Source: Octopus vulgaris (Eukaryota). Taken from it: 64,000 nucleotides of DNA. A program made the translations under genes and the position numbers. Where the stretch lies: the NCBI GenBank assembly GCA_951406725.2, contig OX597824.1, positions 9,300,001-9,364,000 on the forward strand, written 5' to 3'. Shown piece after piece: positions 43,955 to 57,919 of the stretch (position 1 is the stretch's first letter; each line of letters begins with the position of its first letter). Below the pieces are notes generated by a model that saw only the letters and a list, made by a program, of their open reading frames with translations, had not been told where the DNA came from and did not search any database.

Positions 43955-44201
43955 GGTAGCATGGCTTGCTGGCTGACGAGGCCTGTCCGCCTGTGAAAAC
44001 ATATATATTTCAAGTGAAATACATTCACTGATTTTTGAAAGTAGAAATAATATATTTCTAAATCTCTCAGAGAGATTTATACAGTAGCTGCAGGATAAAG
44101 TACTGCTAATGTATAATGTGACAGTCCCATTACGTTGACAAATTACTATCACTTTATCGTGCTGCTACTACATAAATCTCTCCGAGAGATTTATAAATAT
44201 G

Positions 44202-44576
44202 CTAGCGGTATCGCCCGGTGTTGCTCGGGTTTGTTTCGACCCTTTAGAATTGGAATTTCTGAAAAGTAAAAATGTTGCATTATGTAGCTTGTTATTCTCT
44301 TTAAGTGAACATTTTTTCTGGTTGAAATACACCGAAAAATAGCGATACAGCAATCAAAAAATCGTAAAACATAAGGATTTTCATAGAAAAAAAGCACCTT
44401 TTTGATGTAAATAATCTTTGATGTTAACATCGTCCGATTTGAAATCTTTTTTCTACGGAATGAAGAGCAATACTCTCAATTTTGGTCAACTTGCGCCGCA
44501 GGGTCTCGGAGGAGATAGTGTTAGTTGAAGGCTACCAAACCTGCCACGCACAGACAACTTCAGCTTTATATAGAGA
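44202..44576 (-). mobile_element. Non-autonomous Helitron
   Basis: Minus strand 5' TCtctatataaag...3' cccgagcaacaccggg..CTAG; termini shared with 25353-25749. Confidence 0.8.
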
Positions 44577-44825
44577 TTATTTCTATGTAATAGTGTAGTC
44601 TGAAACAGCCCTCGATGGAAGTTAATATCGAAAATGTTAAAGACCGTATATTTATATGAGCCAGAGTCCATCTAAGATGATTGGAACGGGTTGATACCAG
44701 CTAACTTGCAGCATCATAAAAAGAAGCCGACAAGGATTTGCAATCACAGACATCCAACGCGGAAATCGTCAACCATTTCGCGATTCCATCGATGCAAAAC
44801 GACAAGCTGTCGATTCAAGATCTTG

Positions 44826-44983
44826 CGTAGCGGCTGTGTGGTAAGTAGCTTCCTTACCAACCACATAATTCCGGGTTCAGTCCCACTGCGTAGCAACTTG
44901 GGCGAGTGTCTTCTACTTTAGCCTCGGGCCGACCAAAGCCTTGTGAGTGGATTTGGTAGACGGAAACTGAAAGAAACCCGTCG

Positions 44984-45067
<84 letters not shown>

Positions 45068-45265
45068 TGTGTCTGTGTTCGTTCCCCCAACTTCGCTTGA
45101 CAACCGATGCTGGTGTGTTTACGTCATCGTAACTTAGCAGTTCGGCAAAAGGGACCGATAGAATAAGTAATAGGCTTACAAAGAATAAGTTCTGGGGTCG
45201 ATTTGCTGGTCTAAAGGTGGTGCTCCAGCATGGTCGCAGTCAAATGACTGAAACAAGTAAAAGAC
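44826..45265 (+). mobile_element. SINE family A, full length
   Basis: Complete copy with internal (TG)n. Confidence 0.9.
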
Positions 45266-46788
45266 TACAAAGAGTATATATGTATATATATCTGTTCGTC
45301 TCGCAGTTACACCATTTCAGGAGTGATCCTGGTGCGACTGCAGCGTGGATGAATTCACTTCAAGCAGGACGAAGTGTGGGATCAAGTGAACAGAGACCTC
45401 TTTTCAGCAGGAATTGATTGGAGAGGATTAGGTAGGTAACAATGACAAACAACAGTGTTTCCCACAAATATCAAAGCGCAAATATTAGAAGAAAAGACTA
45501 AGATAACAACGGTCAAGTGTTACCTTGACAAAATTAATTGTTTTTTGGTCGTCATTTGCTCCTGTTGAAATATTCGTTGTAAAATGACAGTAAGTAGTAC
45601 GAGAATAATCGAGTCCCTTCAAGAGGGCCACGAGAGACAAACGAGCATGTTCGGGGTTCCTGATGCAAATAAATCCCTTTAGAGAAACAATAACCCTCGA
45701 CCAAATTGAAATATTTATAATTTAATCTATGATGAAAATTTGACGAAAAGATCGACATAATCGTATTGAATTCTCTTTCGAGCTTCCAGTCGACGTGATG
45801 GTCTTTTCTTTGCTCTTCAACTTCTTCTGTTTGAGTTCCTGAAATATAAAACTTAAATTTCCCATTTCCGAATTTGAAATTGTTTGTATCACTCCTGGGA
45901 ATTTGAAATAAAACGAATATTGAAAGAAAAGGATGGTTGTAGAAAATGTCAAATTTGGGGAAAAGCAGAAGAAAGGCGGTGAAGACAATACAGGTAATAA
46001 AGCAAAAATTAATCAGTGTCACGTATGTAATGTAAAATGGCAATTGAAAAAAATTTGGTATTTATATTGTATTTTTCTGAAAACATTTCTACAGCAAATG
46101 TCATATATTTCAGAAGCGAGAAGGCATATTCGTAAACATATTCTTTTATAAACAAGGAAATTAATTCATGCATTAATGCAGTAGGGTTCGCGTTGCAGAA
46201 AAGGAAAAGGTTACTTTAAATAACCCATGACATTAATGATAAAAATGTCAGAAAGCTAAATTATATTTTTTTAAAAGACACGTATAATCTTGACAATTTC
46301 TTAATGAATTCTTTTAAAACAACAAAACACAACAAAACAAAACAAAAATTATTGTAACGCAAAGATATTTTTCATTTACGAATCATCTCAACCAGAATTC
46401 TAAGAAAAATAATTTATTTGTATAATTTTTGTTCGATGCCTCGTCCAACAATGATACCTGCGGCGTCTATTTCCGCTATATTACGTTCTGAGTTCAAATT
46501 CCGACGATGTCAGGTACGCTTTTGATTCGTTCATTCTGAGGTCGCAAAAATAATAATTCAGTCACGTAGTTGGAGCTACACTTTAAAGGCTGATACAGGT
46601 ATCCTATAGGTTTCTTTCGGCAAGAAACCACCATTGAGAATCTCGAATGCCATTCCCTTGGAACCGCTGGAGCAATAAAGGCGGATGAAGGCGTGGACAC
46701 ACAACAGAACCCACATTATCCTTGAAGACTAGTGATTCCAAACCACCATCAGCACCACCACCAGATATTACATTTCAGAAACATAATA

Positions 46789-47025
46789 AGGCGGCGAGCT
46801 GGCAGAAACGTTAGCACGCCGGGCGAAATGCTTTGTGGTATTTCGTCCGCCGTTACGTTCTGAGTTCAAATTCCGCCGAGGTCGACTTTGCCTTTTATCC
46901 TTTCGGGGTCGATAAATTAAGTACCAGTGACGCACTAGTGTCAATATAATCGACTTAATCCGTTTGTCTGTCCTTGTTTGTCCCTTCTGTGTTTAGCCCC
47001 TTGTGGGTAGTAAAGAAATAAGAAA
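46789..47025 (+). mobile_element. SINE family B
   Basis: Near-consensus copy. Confidence 0.9.
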
Positions 47026-47223
47026 CATAGTGATGGAATAATGACACATAAAGAGTATTGACTGAATACTGTGGTCATGGATGATTGCAAGCTGTAGTTA
47101 TTTGATAGAAGATAACGATGGTGTGGAAGAGGAGTAGGATGTCAATGATGACGACAACGACGATGACGATGATCATTATCATCATCGTGAAGATAACGAC
47201 TATGAAGATATATGTATGTGTAT

Positions 47224-47394
47224 GCGTAGGAGTGGCAATGTGGTAAGTAGCTTGCTTACCAATCACATAGTTCCGGGTTCAGTCCCACTGCGTGGCACCT
47301 TGGGCAGGTGTCTTCTACTATTGACTCGGGCCGACCAAAGCCTTGTTAGAGGATTAGGTAGACGAAGACTGAAAGAAGCCCATCCTATATATAC

Positions 47395-47449
<55 letters not shown>

Positions 47450-47670
47450 TGTGTGTATGTTTGTGTGCGTGTGTTTTTCCCCCCAACATCGCTTGACAAC
47501 CGATGCTGGTGTGTTTACGTCCACGTAACTTAGCTGTTTGGAAAAGAGACCGATAGATAGAATGAGTACTAGGCTTACAAAGAATAAGTTCTGGGGTCGA
47601 TTTGTTCGACTAAAGACGGTGCTCCAGCATGGACACAGTCAAAATGACTGAAACAAGTAAAAGGGTAAAA
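47224..47670 (+). mobile_element. SINE family A, full length
   Basis: Complete copy. Confidence 0.9.
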
Positions 47671-47700
47671 GAGATAGAGATCTATTAGACAGACAGACAC

Positions 47701-47800
<100 letters not shown>

Positions 47801-48683
47801 GGATAAATAGATACATATATATACATGCATACATACATACATACATACATACATACATACATACATACATACATACACACATACATACATATGCAAAACA
47901 TCACCAAGAACAATGAAGTGGTTTTCTAATCATAACAAAAGGTGGTTTCTTTTATAGATATCATTTTCCGTCAAATCTGATAACATTCAAATTAAATACA
48001 AAGAAATCATTGATGTAAAGCTAAAACTGATATATTTTGCCAAATATTTCAGGATTCTCTTTAGAATTCATTTGGAATTTACCACCAAACTTAATAGAAT
48101 AGAAATGGTTTTTGTGTGTTGTAGCGACAGATATTTATCAAATAACATCGAATATTCATGCAATTTATATTCTGTAATGGATTTTGGTTGGCAGTGTTTC
48201 TTTTGTGACGGGGTGAATGCCATGCTGTATAGGTATGCCCAGTTAAAATCTCCTAAGTTTAAAACATATAAATCCGAATTGTCAAGCGGTTGCGTTGGGA
48301 TAAACACAGCCAGAAAGACACACACAAACACACACGTAAATGTACACACATGTATATTACATACATACATACATACATACATACATTATGGTTGCCCCCT
48401 CGTTATTGAGTATGGCCATTGCACAAAGCTTAACTGTTACTGGTGCTGTGATCGAATGTGACTTTTTAGCCCAGCTAAAGATCTACAATGTTTTGTACAA
48501 AATTGGCAACTAAGACCTTTACTGGTAATAGCCGGTTGTAGTTGTAACTGGGCTTCATGTACCTTTGCATGTCGTTTAAGTCCTCCTGCCGAATTACACT
48601 CTCTTCATACATACATACATACATACATGCATGCATACATACATATATACATACATACATACATACATACATACATACATACA

Positions 48684-48714
<31 letters not shown>

Positions 48715-48859
48715 GTATGTATGCATATGGTACCCAAGCATGGCCGCAGTCCTCGGACTGAAACTAAAGGAGGAAGAAGAATATATATATACACGACGTG
48801 ATAGCCATAAGTTTTCCATCTACGAAATTCACTCGGAATTCATTTGACAACTATACTCG

Positions 48860-49430
48860 GTTTCTTTATTAGCCACAAGGGCCCAAACATACAGGGGGAC
48901 AAACAAGGAGAGACAGGACACCACAGAGGAGAAATTACATAGAATGAATACGATGATATAATTATACAATAATGGGGTTCTGAATTGTTTCATGCGCCCC
49001 TCATCACATGCATTGCCATTAATCTTTTTAAACTGTCCGTTTTTATCATATATTTAACTAACAATTAATTATCGTCTACCATTACAATTATTTGAACCAT
49101 TTATACGTTCTCTAAAATTGTTCTTCTATTTTCCGATATGATTAATCATAACATAAAACACTTACTCTTTCTTTTTCCTCTTGTTTTTCTCCTTTTTCAT
49201 TTTTCCTGTCGCTTTGGCATACTTATTTACCTTTTAGTAATATTTCATTAGTGGTTCGATTTCTACTAAATCCACATCTGGTGGCAATTCTTTGAATTCC
49301 ACACTTATTCTTGTGTCAATATTATCTCCACACATTTCTTGCAGTCTCTTATAACTTTCCTCTTCAATTGCTATCGCCTTCATATCCTCTGCATATATGT
49401 ATACTGGTATCTTTACTCTTACTATTTCGT
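48860..49430 (-). mobile_element. Possible LINE remnant with SINE-B-like tail and coding-like fragment
   Basis: Tail ttctttattagccacaagggcccaaac..gggggacaaacaagg; minus-strand ORF segment RVKIPVYIYAEDMKAIAIEEESYKRLQEMCG..ELPPDVDLVEIEPLMKYY has non-repetitive protein-like composition. Confidence 0.4.
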
Positions 49431-50276
49431 TGAAGTGGAATACCATGCGGTAGAATTGAACCCGAAACCACGTATTTGCGAAGCAAACTTCTGAACTGTA
49501 CAATAATACCAGCTCTGCTGAATGCGTACAAATTGCGACAGAAATGTTGATCATTGTTTAATTATTTTAAAATGTCGTTTTTTGTTTGTCTGTTATTTGC
49601 TATATTTAGAGACTCGTATCATTTTATCCTCCCCCCCCCCTTGTTATTTAGCTATTTAAACTTTTTTTATCTCAATCTTTATCTCTATATTTCAACGAAT
49701 AAACTTTGTGTTACTAAAGTTAGAAGTATTGTCTAATGTTAAGTTGGAGACTGCTCTCACCCTGCTGTTATTTACTGCCAGATAATAAATTGCTTCTGAA
49801 GTAAAGAAATTTGCCCTTTAAACTTAGCAAATATTTCGATTTTACTGATGTCTTTTTATCAAAGAAACTGCAAAGAAAGATCATTTAAAATCACTGACCT
49901 GCATATGTTCTGAAATTTTTCAGCGTATATATATTTGTAGTAAGCTAAGAAATAAAAGTTATTATCAAGGATCTATTTTTATTTCAGAGTTTCTCTAACC
50001 AACCTAACGTTGTACAGTAAAGCTTACTTACAGCTATAAATTCATAAAGATTTTTCATTATAGCTTTGCAATATTGAATACCAATGTTATGAAGTATCAT
50101 ATATATTTTCGTATTATATCATAACATTGTTATATCTACAGGGAACCAATGTTTCCATAATAAAATAAACCAATATTATTATAAAAAGTCTCATAATTAT
50201 ACTTGAGCCATATTTAAAACTTAGGGGTATACGATATTCTTATTTTTAGTGAACAAATAAATATTCAATATTTATA

Positions 50277-50697
50277 TACCTATTTCTTTACTACCCACAA
50301 GGGGCTAAACACAGAGGGGACAAACAAGGACAGACAAACGGATAAAGTCGGTTACATCGACTCCAGTGCGTAACTGGTACTTAATTTATCGACCCCGAAA
50401 GGATGAAAGGCAAAGTCGACCTCGGTGGAATTTGAACTCACAACGTAACGGCAGATGAAATACCTATTTCTTTACTACCCACAAGGGGCTAAACACAGAG
50501 AGGACAAACAAGGACAGACAAACTGATTAAGTCAAATATATCGACTCCAGTGCGTAACTGGTACTTATTTAATCGACCCCGAAAGGATGAAAGGCAAAGT
50601 CGACCTCGGCGGATTTGAACTCAGATCTTAACGGCAGACGAAATACGGCTACGCATTTTACCCGGCGTGCTAACGTTTCTGCCAGCTCACCGCCTTA
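50277..50697 (-). mobile_element. SINE family B dimer flanked by about 170-bp direct repeats
   Basis: Two units; flanks 50108-50277 and 50700-50884 are homologous. Confidence 0.9.
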
Positions 50698-51064
50698 TAT
50701 TTTCTTGTTATATCATAACATTATTATATTTGTTATATTTGTTATACAGGGAACCAATGTTTCTATAATAAAATAAACCAATATTATTATATAAAGTTTC
50801 ATAATTAAACTTGAGCCATATTTAAAACTTAGGGGTATACAATATTCTTATTTTTAGGCAACAAATAAATATTCAATATTTATATTTGTCATAGATTCTG
50901 TCTGGTTTGATGTAACACTCGAATACGCAAAATCCACATAGTTTTGTGGGCGCAGCTTTCCAACAAGTGTGTGCGTGTGTGTGTTTGTGCATGTACGTGT
51001 ACGTGTGTGTATGTGTGTGTGTGTGTGTGTATGTGTGTGTGTGTTTATGTATGTAGGTGTAGTA

Positions 51065-51188
51065 TGTGGCTGTGCGGTAAGTAGCTTGCTTACCAACCAC
51101 ATGGTTCTGGGAGCAGTGCTACTGTGTGGCACCTTGGGCGAGTGTCTTCTACTATAGCCTCGGGCCGACCAAAGACTTATGAGTGGAT
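51065..51188 (+). mobile_element. SINE family A, 5' part
   Basis: Head and core only. Confidence 0.8.
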
Positions 51189-51446
51189 AATTGATTATTA
51201 ATTAATTAATTTAATTGATAAATTTTACCCTTTTATTATTAATTTAAAATTATAATTTACTCCACGATAGAAAACTGCAGTTTTCTGTGGTACTGCTCGT
51301 AGCATAAGCGTGGGTATAGGGGTTGAATAGTGCATTCACATTCGGCTCTGTAAATTTTGGAAGTGTTGGTTACATATCTGTTACATGATGTCGTTGGATC
51401 GTGTGCATATTTAAACTTAGCACTTTCAAATTTTATAATTGGAAAT

Positions 51447-51651
51447 ACTATACAGAATAGAGAAGTCAATTTTAAAACTCTTTAATCTCGAAACGCGTAT
51501 ATAGTTAATCATAGTCGTGTTGATTCATTGTTTTTCTCTTTGCCTTCGTAAAAAAGAATGTTACCGTCATGGAGATTCTTATAGTAGTAGAAAAGCTGGC
51601 CCCTAATTATAATTATGTTTATAATTATAAAATATTTGTGTATATGTATAC

Positions 51652-51719
<68 letters not shown>

Positions 51720-51900
51720 ATATATGTATACATATACACAAATATTTTATAATTATAAACATAATTATAATTAGGGGCCAGCTACCGAATTTAGAAATGA
51801 GAGTTAAAACTCCTTTTCTACTACTATAAGAATCTCCATGACGGTAACATACTTTTTTACGAAGGCAAAGAGAAAAACAATGAATCAACACGACCATGAT
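51447..51900 (+). mobile_element. Tail-to-tail inverted Penelope-like termini around (TA)n with hammerhead-like motif
   Basis: 51508-51650 inverted at 51725-51900; actata CAGAATA gaga..tctc GAAA cgcg TA tatagt at 51447-51505. Confidence 0.62.
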
Positions 51901-51943
51901 ATACATATATATATATACATATATATACATATATGTATATATA

Positions 51944-52015
<72 letters not shown>

Positions 52016-52086
52016 TATACATACATATATATACATATATATACATATATATACATATATATACATATATATATACATATATATAC

Positions 52087-52117
<31 letters not shown>

Positions 52118-52248
52118 CATATATATACATACATATATATACATATATATACACATATATACACATATATATACATACATATATATACATATATATACAT
52201 ACATATATATATATACATATATACATACATATATACATATATATATAT

Positions 52249-52330
<82 letters not shown>

Positions 52331-52923
52331 CCAGATGAATATGGTAGTCAAGTTGAGGCACCAGAATTTAGTCGCCTTTTCTCGGAGAACATGCATTTTA
52401 GTCATTTCAATCCTTCCCAACGGCTCTTCTGCTGTCATCTATCACATTGACACAATTGCACTGGTATCGCAATGTCGAATTTGCTTTTGAGTTCCGCTGT
52501 CAGTTTATAGATATTAAGCACTACTGAAATAAACACGCAAATGATTGGCATTACAGAAGCAAAGATATCGTGGCCATGTCTTTTGCGGTTAAGAAGTTTG
52601 CTCGGAGATTACCATATTCCGGATTTGATTTCTCTGTTTGGCAGCTTCGACTATTGCTATCAATTGTAGTCACGTGCTGGCCAATTCCTTGTGAGTAAAA
52701 TTTCTTTGACAGAAACTTCAGAGGTCTCTCGTTTCTATCTATCCATCAATCTATATGTCTGTCTATCTGTCTCTCTCTCTCTCTATCTAGCTATCTATCT
52801 ATCTTTATCTATCTGTCTATCTATATCTATCTATCTATATATATATCTATATCTATCTATCTATTTACTTATGTACGTCTCAATCTATCAATATCCCTCT
52901 CGTTCTCTGCCTGTCTTTCTCAT

Positions 52924-53019
<96 letters not shown>

Positions 53020-53022
<3 letters not shown>

Positions 53023-53410
53023 ATATATATATAAAACTGAGAATGTGTGTCTGTCTGTGTGTTTCCCTAAAACTTGAGAACTACACAACCAATTTCATTC
53101 AAATTTTACACATGCCTTACTTAGGGTCCATGTGGTGCCACGGGCAAAAAAAACTTGTAACTTCTTGCCTAGGACGAGCCTACAACAATATCATATCTTC
53201 TCCACTATTTCAGTATTACGTGTTAAAAGTGAAACAAAAACATCTCTCTATTGTAATGTCAGATACTTTCACTTTAATACTGAAACTATTAAAGTCAAAC
53301 TATTATATAAAGGGGATGAACCATTAACAGTGGACATCCATTTTGCTAAAAGAAGATCAGCTATGGTCTTGTATGCTACACCACTGGTTTTCAATTCATA
53401 TCAATCAAAT
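53020..53410 (+). mobile_element. Helitron-like 5' fragment
   Basis: TCtatatatatataaaactgagaatgtgtgtctgtctg start resembles the other Helitron 5' ends; no 3' CTAG hairpin seen. Confidence 0.5.
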
Positions 53411-53618
53411 TAATATTCAATTTCTCACCCCTATTATTTTAAATTTAAATTTAAACCCAGAACCACGTGTTTAGGAACGAAGTTTGTTACCACACACCCA
53501 CACCTGCACCTATGTATATGTATATGTGTATAGCTGTGTATGTGTGTATAGCTGTATATGTATACATTTATTTCTATACATAAAGATGTATATGTATACA
53601 TGTATATGAGTAGATGTG

Positions 53619-53649
<31 letters not shown>

Positions 53650-53715
53650 GTATATATATATATTCACATATATACATGCATATATATATACACCCATACA
53701 GACATACACACACAC

Positions 53716-54087
53716 AGGTGCAGGTGTAGCTGTGTGGTAACAAACTTCGTTCCAAAACACATGATCCTCAGTTCAGTCCCACACTTTAGTGACTTGGCAC
53801 GTGTCTTCTGCTATAACCTCAGACCAACCAAAACCTTGTCAGTGGATTTTGTAGACAGAAACTGAAAGGAATTAATCGTATATATATGTATGTATATATG
53901 TAAGTCTGTGTGTGTGTCTTTGTGTTTCTCCCAAATCACTGACTCACAACTGGTGTTCGTTTATTTACATCCCCATAACTGACTGGTTTCACAAGAAGAA
54001 ACTGATAGAATAAGTACCAGGCTTATCAAAATTAAAAAACACACTAGGCAGTATCTCATAATTTTGTTTGCCCGCACAATTTATCTT

Positions 54088-54155
<68 letters not shown>

Positions 54156-54440
54156 TGCATACACACACACACACATATATATATATATAAAGAGAGAGAT
54201 TTCGTAGACAGAAACTTAAAGAAATCAATCGTATATATATGTATGTATATATTTAAGTGTATGTATGTGACTTTGTTTCTGTGTTTCACCCTCATCACTG
54301 CTTCACAACTGCTCTTCGTTTTTTTACATCCCCATAACTTACTGGTTTCAAAAAGAAGAAACTAACAGAATAAGTACCAGGCTTATCAACATAAAAAAAC
54401 CACTACGCTGTGTCTCATATTTATGTTTGCCCACTCAGTT
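53716..54440 (+). mobile_element. Diverged SINE A with tandem duplication of its 3' part
   Basis: 53845-54090 repeated at 54198-54460. Confidence 0.75.
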
Positions 54441-54525
54441 GTATCTATCAATTTATCTTTGTGTGTGTGTATATATATATATATATAATACACACACACG
54501 CACGCACACACACGCACGTACGCAT

Positions 54526-54559
<34 letters not shown>

Positions 54560-54574
54560 ATATGTGTACATTAA

Positions 54575-56198
54575 TATATATTTTATCAAAGGCAATGTCT
54601 TTGAGTGTTCGTGTATTACTTATACATTCGAAAATTGCTGCACCGAACATAATGAAATTTGGAACACAAAATCCAAGCCTAGGGAGAATGGTAATGCTGT
54701 GTGTTTAATACGTCATGGACCAAAATTACTGAATGGATCCCTATGATATTTGAAACTTAGATTCAATGCATAAGGGCGGGTATAATGCAATATGTTTGGT
54801 TTGAATTTCAGATGGCTTAAAGGGGGCAGAACCCCCCCAAGGAAATTCATAAATTTTAACCATGGGTTATTGACTCACATCAAGAAGTATTCTCAAAGTT
54901 TCCACTTCACATGAGGATTCTAAGACACCCAAATGGGGGCCTTAACTCCCAAATTTTAGTCATTTCTTTTATGATCCAAAACTAAGTCAAAAGAACTGAA
55001 TGGATCTTTACGAAATTTGGAAATTATATACTATGCATAAGGGCCACAACCTCCATGACAATGCATATATTTTTGCTGTTGATGAAATTTTAACCATAGA
55101 TATTAGAGACAAATGAAGTAATATTTATATGATTTCATCTTCTTACAAGTTATAAAGACCCCTCCATGGGGACTTAACACCCACAAGTTTGTCATTTTAG
55201 CTGTAGGGTTACCCGAGCATAAAAGGTGAGCATTATTTCTAATTCAATGGTACAACAATGTAACAGTTTGCTTTGACATACACATACATTGTGATTTTCT
55301 GCAATGTGCTGCATAAATTGTCAAGTAAATGAGAGGCATCTTTGCCTCCACTGATTCAGTTGCAAAGTGTTGAGTAAAGTTATTTGATTGCAGACGTCCT
55401 TTCAGTCATTTTATTATCACTCGGTCACACATAGTCCCCAGATGGCAACATTGATTTCAAGGCCTTCCCAGATGAGTGACTGGTTATTCAAAGACATTTA
55501 TAGATTGTAAATTTATTCTGTCCAGTTACATATCAGTATAGTGGTCATTTGCAAACTGCAACTTTCATTTCTCCTTAGCCCTCACGTCACACAGTTGTTA
55601 ATGTTTATTTCAGTTGGGTCACGCCCTTCCAATTGCTATAAATTCGTAATGCATCTTACTGCTGTGCCTGTCACCTGGATGGTGAGGAATCCTACATTGG
55701 GAGTGGTAACGTCTAGGGTACTGTAACTGACTGCTTATTGTGATCATTCGTCTTTTGGTTTCCTGTAGCTTTGCTCTCTTTTACAAACCCAGTGAACATA
55801 TATTTCCTATTTCAAAGAAATTCAAACAATAGATATAAGACCCAAGTAAAAAGATTCTCAACAATTCAACTTCTGTGGTTGATATTAAGATGCCCACCCC
55901 CAACAGGGGCCTTAACTCTCACATTTTAGAGCTCTATAACCTTCATTTTTCAGGAGCAAAATCTTTTTAACAGGTTCAATAAACTAGAATTTTGGAATAT
56001 GCGCATAAGAATCAGTAATATGGGATACATGTGGCACGATTACAATTTTTGGGAGGTCTGTAAAGAGGGAAATAACCCTCATCTGCAATTTTGATGAAAT
56101 TCGAAACGTAGATATTCCAGTTCATTAGAGAAAATATAACAGAAAAGTCTAATTCTTCAATTGTATGTAACACGGGCAACGCCGGGTATCTCTGCTAG
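54575..56198 (+). mobile_element. Larger non-autonomous Helitron-like element
   Basis: 3' end cacgggcaacgccgggtatctctgCTAG; repeated internal motifs (gaaatttgg, ggggccttaactc); 5' boundary uncertain. Confidence 0.6.
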
Positions 56199-56474
56199 CA
56201 TGTAATATATGTGTGTCTGTGTCTGGCTGTATCAACTGAAGTTTGTATTAACTGTACGTATGTTTGTCAGTTAATTTGTGTACAGACGTTTAATAAAACT
56301 ACATTTAGTATCATTGCGCCAGAAAGACCCTGGGTCTCCCTCAGCAAAATGTGCTAAACAACAACGTGACTAATTTTGCCCGCCATCATCACTTCCACAA
56401 AACGTTTACTTTATACCGTTATTTAGAGAGGAAGAGAGACGAAAGATAGCTTGGAGTTATTTATGAAAACCACA

Positions 56475-56545
56475 AAATAATAATAATAATAATAATAACA
56501 ACAACAACAACAATAATAATAATAATGATAATAATAATAATAATG

Positions 56546-56594
<49 letters not shown>

Positions 56595-56646
56595 TGATAA
56601 TGATAATAATAATAATAATAATAATGATAATAATAATAATAATAAC

Positions 56647-56684
<38 letters not shown>
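56475..56684. repeat. (AAT)n trinucleotide tract
   Basis: Directly visible. Confidence 0.95.
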
Positions 56685-56685
<1 letters not shown>

Positions 56686-57130
56686 CAGTTTCTGTTGTTT
56701 GGATATCAGTACAGATTCCTCCATTCTAAACAGAAAGATTAAGGGACAGAAAGACAGAGAGACAGAGAGAGAGGAAGAAGAGAACAGGAACGCAGCTTTC
56801 AACAGATTAACTAACTATTCATGACGAGCTTGTAAGCATAGGCTGAAGTATCTGAGTTCTTTACTCAAAGCTTTCTGGCTTAACCATGAGATTTATTGTT
56901 ATAACGGAGATGAACTTCGTGCTTATTGAAAGTCGCCATGTAAATATATTTGCAGCGTTATTCACGTAGCCGCGCTGTTACAGTGCCTTAGTTAATTAAT
57001 ACGTGACGCCAACGAAACGCATTGAGACACAAATTAACAAAAGCATTGTGTGTTTTTCATGCGATATGTCATAGGTCTATCGCTCCATGTTTGTCTGAAT
57101 GGAAAGATTGCTTCATATCTCTCTCTAACT

Positions 57131-57164
<34 letters not shown>

Positions 57165-57249
57165 CCTGTCTCTCTCTCATTCTCTGTCTCTCTTTCTCTT
57201 CTCTGATAAAAAATGAATTCATAGAACATATACACACATATATTGATTT

Positions 57250-57445
57250 TAAATTTTGGCACAGAGCCAGCTGTTCTTGGGAGAAGGGACTAATCGATTA
57301 CATCGACCTCCAGTGCTCAACTGGTACTTCATTTAGCAGCCCTGAGAGGATGAAAGGCAAAGTCGACTCCGACGGAATTTGAACTCAGAACGTAAAGCCG
57401 GACGAAATGACATTAAGTAATTTGTACGGTATTCTAATGTTTCTG
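57250..57445 (-). mobile_element. Diverged SINE family B
   Basis: ggatgaaaggcaaagtcgac..ggaatttgaactcagaacg. Confidence 0.75.
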
Positions 57446-57679
57446 CTTTTCTTTTTTAATTGTTCAATTCATGGGTCTGCGGTCATGCTGAGATGATAAT
57501 TTGAGAGGTTCAGTCGGAGGAATTGAACTCACTATAACGTTTTTGAAGTCGGGTACTTATGCTATCGGACTCTTTGGCAGAAACGCTCATTTAGCAGGAC
57601 GTAAACCAAAGAACACCTGTTGTCAAGTGGTATGAGTAGACGCACTATGACACACACAAACAAATACACCCATACACAT

Positions 57680-57741
<62 letters not shown>

Positions 57742-57823
57742 TATTTATACATATATATATATATGCATATATATACATATATATATATGCATATATATAT
57801 ATACATATATATACATATATATG

Positions 57824-57919
<96 letters not shown>

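Noticed and set aside
48068-48382. Minus ORF with LGDFN motif as a host gene
   Set aside because: Isolated motif typical of LINE APE endonuclease debris; ORF start lies in a microsatellite
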